The position numbers and the translations under genes are program-made. A stretch of DNA of 64,000 nucleotides from Candidatus Sericytochromatia bacterium. GTDB taxonomy: Bacteria > Cyanobacteriota > Sericytochromatia > S15B-MN24 > UBA4093. The notes beneath the pieces are model-generated. The model saw only the letters and a program-made list of their open reading frames with translations, searched no databases and was not told where the DNA came from. The number at the start of each line of letters is the position of its first letter. The first letter of the stretch is position 1. Shown here in pieces: positions 18,874 through 28,187 of the stretch. Location: positions 32,001 to 96,000 of the forward strand of contig JAKFCT010000028.1 in the NCBI GenBank assembly GCA_036676495.1, written 5' to 3'.

Positions 18874-19761
18874 TTATTTCTGCACCACCACGACATCTCC
18901 CTGGCGCAAGCGGGCATACAAGTCCTCGATGTCTTCGTTGTAGAGCCGCATGCAGCCGTGAGACGCGTCGGTGCCGATGGATCGGCGGGTGAAAGTCCCG
19001 TGGATCTCCTCGCCATTTCGGGTGATTTTGCCGGTTTCGGGATCGTACTTGCTGAGATCCACCAGGCGCGTGCCGAAGGCCTTGCCGCCGGATTCGGGCC
19101 AGAGTTGGCGGGCGACGGCCGTGGGATCCTTGAGGAAGCCGGAGACGATCTTGATCATGGGATCGGTCTCGGTGCCGGGGGCGCCGGTGGCGATCGGGTA
19201 GATGCGCTCGATCTTGCCTTGCTTGTCGTAAAGGAAGAGGCGGTGCTCGGAGGTATCGACGGCGATGCGGGCGGGCTTGCCCTTGACCTGGGGGGCCGCG
19301 GGGAAGGCCTTGGGGGAGATGGCGGGATCGTCCCAGGCCTTCTTGCCTTCGGCAGGCGCCACCTCATCCAGGGCTTTGAGCGTCTTGGCGTCGAGTTCCC
19401 CGGTCATCGGTAGGCCCTGGCTGGACTGGAATCCCTTGAGAGCCAGCTTGACCTCATTGCCGAACCCGCCGTCTGCACCGGAGGGAAGGCCGAAGCCCAG
19501 GTCAAGAAGGGCGTTTTGAAGGGCTTTGATGCCCTCGCCCTTGGCTCCCGTGGTGAGGGTCTTGCCCGTGAGCACCCCGAGCAGGTCCTCATGGGCGCTG
19601 AAGCGGGAGTTCGACAGCTTGGGGGTGAGCGAGAGGGAGTCTCCGCCGGCGCGCACGGGGGACTTGGGGGCGTTAGGGGGCGTCTGCGTGAGAAGGCCGG
19701 CCCAATTGGGAGCTTTCTGGGCCCGTTGACCGAAAATCGTGCTGATCAGTCCGCTACGCAT
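18874..19761 (-). CDS. Peptidoglycan-binding domain + L,D-transpeptidase (YkuD family), no signal peptide
   Basis: PG_binding_1-like GAKGEGIKALQNALLDLGF..GADGGFG...FQ; catalytic IHGT...SIG...SHGCMRL. Confidence 0.9.
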   Translation of the reverse strand: MRSGLISTIFGQRAQKAPNWAGLLTQTPPNAPKSPVRAGGDSLSLTPKLSNSRFSAHEDLLGVLTGKTLTTGAKGEGIKALQNALLDLGFGLPSGADGGFGNEVKLALKGFQSSQGLPMTGELDAKTLKALDEVAPAEGKKAWDDPAISPKAFPAAPQVKGKPARIAVDTSEHRLFLYDKQGKIERIYPIATGAPGTETDPMIKIVSGFLKDPTAVARQLWPESGGKAFGTRLVDLSKYDPETGKITRNGEEIHGTFTRRSIGTDASHGCMRLYNEDIEDLYARLRQGDVVVVQK

Positions 19762-19812
19762 GGCATCCCCCTTCTGGTGACTTGACGCTCGAGGTGACGA
19801 TTCGTTAATGGG

Positions 19813-19840
19813 TTATCCGGGGGGACGCGGGGGCGCTTGC
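19813..19840 (-). promoter_or_regulatory. sigma28/FliA-like promoter
   Basis: GCAAG-N15-CCGGATAA upstream of the L,D-transpeptidase. Confidence 0.6.
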
Positions 19841-19963
19841 GGGGGTTTGGCAAGTTTAAGTCAACTTTAACCGGGTTCAGCGCCGAAGGGCGCGCGGGGG
19901 GAAACGTGCGCGCGCCTGCCGGGAGCCACGAGACCCCCGGCAGGCGCGCGCGGTGGGGCAGGT

Positions 19964-20635
19964 TTAGAAGACGAAGCCCAGGCCCAGGTAGGGGCCGACG
20001 AGGTTGTAGGTCTCGGGTCCCGTGAGGAGGGTCTGGGTGCGGACTCCCGCGTCCACGCCGATGATGTTGGTGAGGGAGTAGCCGATTCCGAGCTTGCCAT
20101 CGAGCACCATGCGGTTGGCCCCGGCGATGCTGAGCCAGGGCGTATAGCCCACGCGTCCTTGCAGCACGAAGCGCTGGGGCAGGTTCAGGTCGAAGATGAG
20201 GCCCAGGGCGACTCCGACTCCGGTGCCGGGGGTGTAGCCGAGGTACTTGGCGCCGCCGGTGCCGGTGAGGGCCCAGCCGAAGACGCCGGTGCCGCTCTGG
20301 AAGAACTTGACCTTGCCTTCGAGGTCGGCGCTGGTGACGTTGCCGTAGCCGGGGAAGGCTCCGGTGAAGCCCCAGATCCCGAAGGAGAGGTTGGGAGTGA
20401 ACCAGAGGTTTGCGGCGAGGCCGGGCGCGAGGGTCGAGGCCGCGGTGGCCGGGGAGCTCAGGAAGGGGTACCAGCCGAAGAGTCCGACGGCTCCCGAGGG
20501 TTTCGGGGTGGAGTAGGCCGTGACCGCGCCGGACGGGCGCTGGGGCTGAGAGGTCCGCATCTGGGCGAACCCGGGGGTGCTGTACGCGAGGACGAGCCCC
20601 GTCCCGAGGGCGGTGGCCCAGAGCACCTTGAGCAT
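19964..20635 (-). CDS. Putative small outer-membrane beta-barrel protein
   Basis: Sec signal (GFA-Q), alternating amphipathic beta-strands, C-terminal YLGLGFVF beta-signal. Confidence 0.72.
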   Translation of the reverse strand: MLKVLWATALGTGLVLAYSTPGFAQMRTSQPQRPSGAVTAYSTPKPSGAVGLFGWYPFLSSPATAASTLAPGLAANLWFTPNLSFGIWGFTGAFPGYGNVTSADLEGKVKFFQSGTGVFGWALTGTGGAKYLGYTPGTGVGVALGLIFDLNLPQRFVLQGRVGYTPWLSIAGANRMVLDGKLGIGYSLTNIIGVDAGVRTQTLLTGPETYNLVGPYLGLGFVF

Positions 20636-20903
20636 GGTTGCCTCCTCTCATGTCCGGACCCGGGCGGGCCCCGAGAGGGTCGGCCCCGGGGCCCCTCCGA
20701 TCATAAGAGGGGGACCCCCGGGCGCGACCACGGCCAAATTAGACAAGACTGGCGCGGGAAACGCGCGCGCGGACGGCGCTCAGCGCCCGCGGCTGTTGCG
20801 AGGCGCCCGTGGCGGGGGGACCAGGAAAGCGAGCGATAAGCGAGAACCGCATGGATAGAGGCTGAAAATCAAAGCTCGCGGTCCTGCCGCAACGAAGATT
20901 GCG

Positions 20904-21389
20904 CTAGCGATCCGGGTGAACGAAGCTGCCGGTCAGCGTGGTGCCCGCGAGAGAGACCTCGGCCTGGATCGTGACGTTCAGGCGCTCGAAGGAGGCTTCG
21001 GGGAAGGCATAGAAGAACAGGCTGCCGTCCTCCTGGTTGGTGGCGGCGGTCATGGCGATCTGCTTGCCGTTCGAGAGTTTCAGGGTGGCCTGGGCTCCGG
21101 CGGCGAAGGGAATGGGGTTCAGTCCGGCGTCCCAGGGGAAGAGGTAGAGCGTGTAGGAGCCCCGCGGCGGCGTGAAGCCGAGGAACTCCAGGTACCGCGA
21201 GCCGGACGGCTGCAGCTGGCCGCCGTAGAGGCCGCGCTGGGGGACGGTCGTTCCCGGGGAGCTTCCCGGATCGGGAGAGCCGATGGTCACCCGTTCGGGG
21301 GTGTCGGGGGCCGTGGGGTAAAGCTCGGCTTGGCAGGCCCAGAGGGCCAGGGCGAGCATGGGGGCGAGCAGGACGGGGCGCATCTTCAT
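20904..21389 (-). CDS. Hypothetical lipoprotein
   Basis: Lipobox LWAC; beta-rich body with a GLYGGQL motif; TAGAAT 6 nt before the ATG. Confidence 0.7.
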   Translation of the reverse strand: MKMRPVLLAPMLALALWACQAELYPTAPDTPERVTIGSPDPGSSPGTTVPQRGLYGGQLQPSGSRYLEFLGFTPPRGSYTLYLFPWDAGLNPIPFAAGAQATLKLSNGKQIAMTAATNQEDGSLFFYAFPEASFERLNVTIQAEVSLAGTTLTGSFVHPDR

Positions 21390-21458
21390 AGCCGCATTCT
21401 ACCCCGAAACGGCTCGCCACGAAACCGGGCCGCCCGTCGCGGGGCGGCCCGGAAGGCG

Positions 21459-21821
21459 CTACAGGAAGCGGACGACGGTGGTCACCTTGGCATGGGTACG
21501 GGGGTCCTCCCCGATGATGTCGATCTTCTGGGGGTCGCCGGATTCGTCCTCCTCGACTTGCAGCTTCGAGGTGCAGATCACGGAGTGGGTCATGCGATCG
21601 GCGTTCTCCACCTCCTGGTGCCCGATCTGGATATCGACGGCGCAGGCCTCGGAGCCCTTCTGCTCGCTCATCACGGCCAGCAAGGGGGCCCGCTCGGCGA
21701 GGACCTTGTCCCCGAACTCGTCGCTCTTGACCTCGACCCGGACATCGGCCTTGCGCTTGATGGTGCTGATGCTGTTGAGGTAGCCCATCCATTGGTCGGT
21801 GGGAATGACTCGGGTACCCAT
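21459..21821 (-). CDS. DUF5335-like hypothetical protein
   Basis: N-terminal T..IP..QW..Y...IS pattern, about 120 aa, ends VVRF; AAGGAGG RBS. Confidence 0.65.
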   Translation of the reverse strand: MGTRVIPTDQWMGYLNSISTIKRKADVRVEVKSDEFGDKVLAERAPLLAVMSEQKGSEACAVDIQIGHQEVENADRMTHSVICTSKLQVEEDESGDPQKIDIIGEDPRTHAKVTTVVRFL

Positions 21822-22066
21822 AAGCCCTCCTTCTCGTCACGCTTGGACCGGCTCGGACCCCAGGGTTCGCCGGCTCATGCTCCGCCGGCCGATCCGGGCG
21901 CATTCCTCCGGTGGGCCCATCTTAACAAAGGGGTTCCCGCGACAAAAGCGACGAGCCAGCTTCATGAGGGCGGAACCGCGCGCCCCACAAACCTCCTCGT
22001 CCTCTCTGGACGTGGGCGCCCGGCTCCTGCTCTGAGAGAGTGAGGGGGGACCGCGAGGAGGGCTGC

Positions 22067-23539
22067 ATGTTAAGCGCGTTACGCCAACTCTTGACCCAGA
22101 GCGTCATCTACGGGCTGGGATCCGTCGCCGGTAGCATGGTGAGCTTCCTGTTGATCCCGCTCTACACCCACCACTTGAGCCCCGCGCAGTACGGGCAACT
22201 GGAAACGATCCTGGCCACCTACCAGATTGGCCTGATCCTCTTCGCCTGGGGCATGGCGAGCTCGCTTTACGGGACCTACTTCGGCCGCTGCAAGGACGAG
22301 GAGGAGCGCCGCACGCTGGTCACCACCGCGATCCTCATGGTGCTCGGCGTCGCGGGCCTCATGGCGGCCCTCGGCACCTGGGCGGCCCCCCAGCTCTCGG
22401 CGCTGCTTCCCGATCTCGACGTCGCGCACCTGCGCGCCGTCATCGGCCTCGCCGCCCTGGGCGCCTTGGGCCTCCTGCCCCTCTCCATCCTGAGGGCCCG
22501 CCAGAAACCCCATCTCTTCGTCGCCCTCACCCTCAGCCAGCTCATCCTGACCGTCGGGCTCAACCTCTACCACGTCGGCGTGCTCGGCATGGGCATCGAA
22601 GGCGTCCTTCGCAGCATGGCGATCGTCCAGGGGGGCCTCGCCGTGATCACCCTGGGAGGCATCTTCTGGAAGTACCCCTTGCGCTTCAGCCCACGGCTCG
22701 CCTGGACGCTGCTCAGCTGGGGGGGGCTTCACCTTCCCAACTCCGTCGCCGCCTGGATCACCCAGCTCACCGACCGCTACTTCCTGCTTTGGTTCACCAC
22801 CGCCACCCAGGTCGGCGTCTACTCGCTCGGCAGCAAGCTCGGGATGATCGTCATGGTCGGCCTCGCGACCCCCTTCTCCCTGGCCTGGCCCGCCTACATG
22901 TACTCGCTCGCCGAGAAGGACCCCGAAGGCGCCCCGCGCATCTACTCGGCCGCCCTCACCTACCTGATGCTGGCTGCCGCCGTGGCCTTCCTCGCCCTCT
23001 CGCTCTTCGCCCCCGAGATCATCCGGCTCATCGCCAACGACTCCTACCAGGGAGCCGGAGAGGTCATCCCCTTGCTCGTCCTCGCCTCCGTGCTCGCCAC
23101 CGCCCATCCCGTCTTTCTCACCGGGGTCAACCTCGCCCGGCGCTTCGGCTTCTACCTGCTCTTCACCGGCGTCGGAGCGAGCGTCAACCTGGGCCTCAAC
23201 TGGCTCTTGATCCCCCGCATGGGCGCCATGGGAGCCGCCCTCGCCAAGGTCGCCAGCTACGCGGCAGTCGCCGCCATCAGCTACACGGTGGCCCAGCGGC
23301 TTCACCCCATTCCCTACGACTGGAAACGGCTCGGGAAGCTCACGGTCGCTTGTCTTGGGATCTACATCGCCGGCCAGTTCGCAGCCGCGTCCGGACCTTG
23401 GAGCCTGCCGCTACGGCTGCTGGCCTTCATGGCCTTTCCCCTCGCGCTCCATGCGCTCGGGTTCCTCACCGCCCCCGAGAAGCGGCACCTCAAGCGCCAG
23501 CTCAAACGGTTCCTTCCCGGACGCGCCCCGGCAGCTTAG
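22067..23539 (+). CDS. Oligosaccharide flippase (Wzx/MOP superfamily)
   Basis: SVIYGLG...FLLIPLYT..LSPAQYG, D-R-Y-F-L, VGVYSLG.KL, LIPRMGAMGAALA; many TM helices. Confidence 0.88.
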   Translation: MLSALRQLLTQSVIYGLGSVAGSMVSFLLIPLYTHHLSPAQYGQLETILATYQIGLILFAWGMASSLYGTYFGRCKDEEERRTLVTTAILMVLGVAGLMAALGTWAAPQLSALLPDLDVAHLRAVIGLAALGALGLLPLSILRARQKPHLFVALTLSQLILTVGLNLYHVGVLGMGIEGVLRSMAIVQGGLAVITLGGIFWKYPLRFSPRLAWTLLSWGGLHLPNSVAAWITQLTDRYFLLWFTTATQVGVYSLGSKLGMIVMVGLATPFSLAWPAYMYSLAEKDPEGAPRIYSAALTYLMLAAAVAFLALSLFAPEIIRLIANDSYQGAGEVIPLLVLASVLATAHPVFLTGVNLARRFGFYLLFTGVGASVNLGLNWLLIPRMGAMGAALAKVASYAAVAAISYTVAQRLHPIPYDWKRLGKLTVACLGIYIAGQFAAASGPWSLPLRLLAFMAFPLALHALGFLTAPEKRHLKRQLKRFLPGRAPAA

Positions 23540-23551
23540 CCGGGGCTCCGT

Positions 23552-24874
23552 CTAGCCCAGGAGGACGCTGGCCCCCGGCGCCTCCGCCACGGCGCGCCGC
23601 GCCCCTTCCAGGGCGAAAACATCCATCCGAGAGTTCTTGCCCCGCATGGCCACCCCCTCGATGGGCCGAGCCTCGACCCAGGCGGAAACCGCCTGATAGG
23701 TTTCATGGCTCATCAGGACGTCCACCGCATGCTCCTTGGTGAGCGCCTCCAGGCGGCTCGCAGTGTTCACCACGTCGCCCACCGCCGTGTAATCCAGGCG
23801 CAGGGACGTCCCGATGTTGCCCACCACGCATTCTCCCGTGTGGAGCCCAATCCCGATGGCGATCGCCGGCTCTCCCCGCTGCGCGCGCTCGTGATTGAAC
23901 GCTTCGAGCGCGGCGCGCATCGCCAGGGCCGCCTTCACCGCCTGCTCCGCATGGTCCTCGGCCTCCACCGGAGCCCCGAAGAACGCCATGATCCCGTCGC
24001 CCATGTACTTGTCGAGCGTGCCGCCGTGGGCAAAGACGGCATCCACCATGCGCGAGAGATAGGTATTGAGGAAGGTCACCACTTCTTCGGGAAGCATCCG
24101 CTCGCTCATCTGGGTAAAGCCCCGGATATCCGCGAAGAGGACCGTGATCCGCCGCCGCTGCCCCGCGGCCGGCATTTGCCCGTCACTGAGGACCGTCGTG
24201 GCGATCTGCGGCGAGACGTAGCGGGAAAGGACCGTCTGAACCCGGTCCTTCTCGAACTGTTGCGCCACCGCCTGGTCGATCAGCTGGCGCGACTTCGCGA
24301 TGATCAGCTGGGCCACCCCGATCGACGCCAATGCCAGGATCAGCAGCAACCCGATGGAGACCGGGTGCACCGGGTGGCCGTGCCGGTAGTCGAGGGCGAT
24401 CGCCCCCAAAGTGAGGATCAGGGACAAGAGGCCGCTGAACAAGGCCGCCTTGCGGTCGAAGCGTACCGCGGCGTAGCCGTTCAAGAGAAAGGCGAAGTAA
24501 AGCACCGGATCGAACGCCACGATCGACATGTCTGCGACCGTCACCAGGCGATTGAGCGAATGGTTGAGCAGAATGCCGCCCAGCAGGCCGTACTCCAGGA
24601 GGGAGGAGGCGTAGGGAAGGGTCTGATCGTAGCAGCCGGCCTTGATGATCCGCGCGATGACTCCGCAGCCGACCAGGCCGGCGGTGAGGATCCCGACGTC
24701 CCAGTAGAAGGCGAGCGGGGGCTGTCCGCCGTGGGTAACGTAGACGGTGGGCATGACCACCAGCAGCACGGTGATGATCAGGATGGCGCTGACCTGGTTG
24801 ACCCGGATCTCGGCCTTGCGGTTCTCGGCGGCGATCAGGTCTTCGACGGTGGGAGCGAGCTTGAGTTCGATCAT
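23552..24874 (-). CDS. Membrane-bound class III adenylate cyclase
   Basis: N-terminal TM bundle; LFADIRGFT, DKYMGDG, DYTAVGDVVNTASRLE; substrate-specifying Lys suggests ATP. Confidence 0.92.
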   Translation of the reverse strand: MIELKLAPTVEDLIAAENRKAEIRVNQVSAILIITVLLVVMPTVYVTHGGQPPLAFYWDVGILTAGLVGCGVIARIIKAGCYDQTLPYASSLLEYGLLGGILLNHSLNRLVTVADMSIVAFDPVLYFAFLLNGYAAVRFDRKAALFSGLLSLILTLGAIALDYRHGHPVHPVSIGLLLILALASIGVAQLIIAKSRQLIDQAVAQQFEKDRVQTVLSRYVSPQIATTVLSDGQMPAAGQRRRITVLFADIRGFTQMSERMLPEEVVTFLNTYLSRMVDAVFAHGGTLDKYMGDGIMAFFGAPVEAEDHAEQAVKAALAMRAALEAFNHERAQRGEPAIAIGIGLHTGECVVGNIGTSLRLDYTAVGDVVNTASRLEALTKEHAVDVLMSHETYQAVSAWVEARPIEGVAMRGKNSRMDVFALEGARRAVAEAPGASVLLG

Positions 24875-24914
24875 GGGTGACCTCCCTCCCCCGTATACCC
24901 CAAATTCCTGCTTG

Positions 24915-26528
24915 CTAGGCGGAGGGGCTCATCTCCAGGACGGCCATGGCGATGTCGGCGGCGTGGTCGTTGATGCGCTGCCAGCCGTTGATCAGCTCGA
25001 GGTGGATGGCCGAGGTGTTGCGGGTATCGATCAGGCCCGACCAGAGGCGTCCCAAGTGGGCCTGGCGCAGGTCGCGCTCCATGCGCGCGATCTTGGGCTT
25101 GGTTTCGAGCACGCTCTCCGCCAGCGCCCGATCCGAGGTCATGAAGGCGACGATCGCCATGTCCAGGTTGGTGGTGACCTTCTGGTGCATCTCCAGCAGC
25201 TCCTGGATGCCTTCGGGCGAGAAGGAGAGGCCCAGGTCGATCATCTTGCGGCCGAGCATGGAGAGCTTGGTGAGGGCGTCTCCGATGTGCTCCAGGTCGT
25301 TGACGATGTAGAGGATGCTCGCGGCCTTGCGCGACTCCTCGGCCGTCAGGGCGTTCTGCGAGAGGTTGGCCAGGTAGTGGACGATGGCCCGGGTGAGGGC
25401 GTCGAGCTCGGACTCCAGCTTCGCGAGGCGATCGAGGATGTCCTCGTCGACCTTCAAGAAGAGCTCCATGGCCTCGCTCATCATGATCTGGACCCGATCG
25501 GCCATGCGCCGGACCTCGCGGTTGGCGGCGCCGAGGGCGAGCACGGGGGATTCGAGGATGCGCTCGTCGAGGTAGCGGATCTGGAAGCCGACCTCCTCGC
25601 TGGGGTTGTTGGGAAGGAAGCGCTTGATGAGGGCGGCCAAGGGGCCCGCCAGGGGGAGAAACATCAGCGACAGGCCGACGTTGAAGAGGGTATGGCCCAT
25701 GGCGATCTGGCGTGGGGCGTCTTCCGCGGTCATGCGGACCAGGGCGGTGAAGGGTTCGAGCAAGGGCACGGCGATGAGCACGCCCGAGATCTTGACCAGG
25801 GCGTGCACCGCTGCGACCCGCTTGGCCTCGAGGGGCGCTCCGATGGAGGCGATCAGGGAGGTGGCGCAGGTGCCGACGTTGGCCCCGAGCATGAGGGGGA
25901 GCGCCGTGGAGAGGGGCATGACGTCGTGGGCGGCGAGCACGAGGGTCAGGCCGATGATGGCGGCCGAGGAGTTGACGGCCGCGGTGGCGAGGGCGCCCAG
26001 CAGGACTCCGAGCCAGATGTCGCGGCCGAGGGCGATCATCATGTCGGCGACCATGGGGGAGTCCTTGAGGGGGGCCATGGTCTGGCCGAAGAGGTGGATG
26101 GCCAGGAAGATCAGGCCGAAGCCGAGGATGGCCTGCCCGAGGTGCTTGAGGAAGGACTTGCGGGCGATGCGCGAGAGCAGGAAACCCAGGGCGACCAGGC
26201 CCATGGCGTAGTCGGTGATCTTGAAGGCGATCAGCTGGACCGTGACGGTGGTGCCGATGTTGGCGCCGAGGATGACGGCGATGGTCTGCTCGAACGACAA
26301 GAGGCCCGCCCCGACGAAGGAGACGAGCAGGACGGTGGTGGCGCCGGAGCTCTGCATGATGGCGGTCATGGCCGTGCCGAGCAGCATCCCGCGCAAGCGG
26401 GTGGTGGTCAGCGTGTTGACCATGGTGCGCAGGCGAGCGCCTGCGGCCTGCTGGAGACCTTCGCCGGCCATATGCATGCCGAGCAGGAGGAGGGCGACTC
26501 CTCCCAGGATGGTGAGCAGAATCTGCAC
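24915..26528 (-). CDS. Na/Pi cotransporter family protein with PhoU domains
   Basis: QSSGATT, GANIGTT, NSSAA, GANVGT repeats; C-terminal PhoU-like DLEHIGD and RINDHA. Confidence 0.92.
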   Translation of the reverse strand: MQILLTILGGVALLLLGMHMAGEGLQQAAGARLRTMVNTLTTTRLRGMLLGTAMTAIMQSSGATTVLLVSFVGAGLLSFEQTIAVILGANIGTTVTVQLIAFKITDYAMGLVALGFLLSRIARKSFLKHLGQAILGFGLIFLAIHLFGQTMAPLKDSPMVADMMIALGRDIWLGVLLGALATAAVNSSAAIIGLTLVLAAHDVMPLSTALPLMLGANVGTCATSLIASIGAPLEAKRVAAVHALVKISGVLIAVPLLEPFTALVRMTAEDAPRQIAMGHTLFNVGLSLMFLPLAGPLAALIKRFLPNNPSEEVGFQIRYLDERILESPVLALGAANREVRRMADRVQIMMSEAMELFLKVDEDILDRLAKLESELDALTRAIVHYLANLSQNALTAEESRKAASILYIVNDLEHIGDALTKLSMLGRKMIDLGLSFSPEGIQELLEMHQKVTTNLDMAIVAFMTSDRALAESVLETKPKIARMERDLRQAHLGRLWSGLIDTRNTSAIHLELINGWQRINDHAADIAMAVLEMSPSA

Positions 26529-26699
26529 TGAAGCCTCGAATGGTGAGGGTTTCCGCCCCCATGATAGCCCGACTCCAGGAAAAAACCAAGCCTTGGCGCT
26601 TCTTGGTCAATATGGCGGGCAAACCCGGACGAGAAGGACGAGGAGGCATGGCCCGCTCGTCTGCTAGGATGCCTCTCATTCCCGGAAGAGGAGGTGGCC

Positions 26700-28187
26700 A
26701 TGCTCGATTTCATCGCCCAGCTCGCCGTGACGTTCCTGATGATCGTGCTCTACGCCGTGGTTTTCGTGCTGGTCTACGCCAAGGTCATGGGAGGCGCCTT
26801 CAACCGGGGAGCCAAGTTCGCTCCGGCCAAGGACGTGGGAAGCATCCGCTTCTCCGATGTGCTCGGGGTGGACGAGGCGAAGCTGGAAGCCCAGGAGATC
26901 GTGGACTTCCTCAAAAATGCGGGGGAGTACAAGCGGATCGGCGCCAAGATTCCCAAGGGGGTCTTGCTGGTGGGCCCTCCGGGGACGGGCAAGACGCTCT
27001 TGGCCAAGGCGATCGCCAACGAGGCGGGGGTTCCCTTCTACGCCCTTTCGGGCTCGGACTTCGTCGAGGTCTTCGTGGGAGTCGGCGCGAGCCGGATCCG
27101 CAAGCTCTACGCCAAGGCCCGCAAGCACCCGGCGGCCATCGTCTTCATCGACGAGATCGACGCGCTGGGCCGGACCCGCTCCAGCGGCATGTTCGGCAGC
27201 CAGGAGTCCAATCAGACCCTCAACCAGTTCCTGGTCGAACTCGACGGCTTCTCGCGGGGCGGCAACGTCATCACCATCGCCGCGACCAACCTCGAGGAGA
27301 GCCTGGACGCCGCCCTCCTGCGCCCCGGGCGCTTCGATCGCAAGCTCCACATCGGGCTGCCCGACCTCAAGGGGCGCGAGGCGCTGCTGAGCCACTACTC
27401 CCGCAAGATCCAGGTGGAGGACGGGCTCGACATCCAGGCCCTGGCACGGGCGTCGGTCTCCATGAGCGGCGCGGATCTCGCCAACATGGTCAACGAGGCC
27501 AGCATCCTGGCCGTGCGGGCCGGCCGGACGAAGGCGAGCAAGCAGGATTTCGACAAAGCCATCGAGCGGCTCGGCCTCGGACTCGAGCACTCCCAGACCC
27601 TCACCGCCCGCGAGCGGGAGATCGTGGCCTACCACGAGGCGGGCCATGCCCTGGTGAATCTCTACCTGCAACCCCATAAGCGGTTGCACAAGGTTTCCAT
27701 CATCCCGACGGGGCGCAGCGCTCTCGGCTATACCTGGGCCGTGAACGTGGAGGACCGGTACTTGGTGGGGTGTGACGAGTACCGATCCGAGATCATCGCC
27801 TTGCTGGGAGGACGGGCCGCCGAAGCGCTCGTGTTTGGAGAGGTGACGAGTGGGGCGCATTCCGATTTGAAGCGCGCCACGAAACTTGCCGAGCTCATGG
27901 TGTGGGAGCTCGGCATGACGAGCGCAGGCGTGCCCGCCAATTACAAGGAGATGTCCCTCTCGGAAGGGACCCGGCTCCGGCTGGATCAGGATCTCGAAGG
28001 GCTCTTGACGGCCTCGTACCAGCAGGCGCAGGAGTTGCTCGAGCGCAAGCGGCCAGAGCTCGATCGGCTGGCCCAAGGGCTCCTGGCCCATGAGGTGCTC
28101 TACGAGGCAGATATCCAGCGGGTCATCCGCGGAGGAGGGCCGGAGGCCGGCATGCGGCCGCGACCGGGCCGAGAGTGGATCGCCTGA
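26700..28187 (+). CDS. ftsH: FtsH-family AAA+ zinc metalloprotease, short form with a single TM helix
   Basis: GPPGTGKT, FVEVFVGVG pore loop, IFIDEIDA, LLRPGRFDR, HEAGH, LGGRAAE. Confidence 0.88.
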   Translation: MLDFIAQLAVTFLMIVLYAVVFVLVYAKVMGGAFNRGAKFAPAKDVGSIRFSDVLGVDEAKLEAQEIVDFLKNAGEYKRIGAKIPKGVLLVGPPGTGKTLLAKAIANEAGVPFYALSGSDFVEVFVGVGASRIRKLYAKARKHPAAIVFIDEIDALGRTRSSGMFGSQESNQTLNQFLVELDGFSRGGNVITIAATNLEESLDAALLRPGRFDRKLHIGLPDLKGREALLSHYSRKIQVEDGLDIQALARASVSMSGADLANMVNEASILAVRAGRTKASKQDFDKAIERLGLGLEHSQTLTAREREIVAYHEAGHALVNLYLQPHKRLHKVSIIPTGRSALGYTWAVNVEDRYLVGCDEYRSEIIALLGGRAAEALVFGEVTSGAHSDLKRATKLAELMVWELGMTSAGVPANYKEMSLSEGTRLRLDQDLEGLLTASYQQAQELLERKRPELDRLAQGLLAHEVLYEADIQRVIRGGGPEAGMRPRPGREWIA

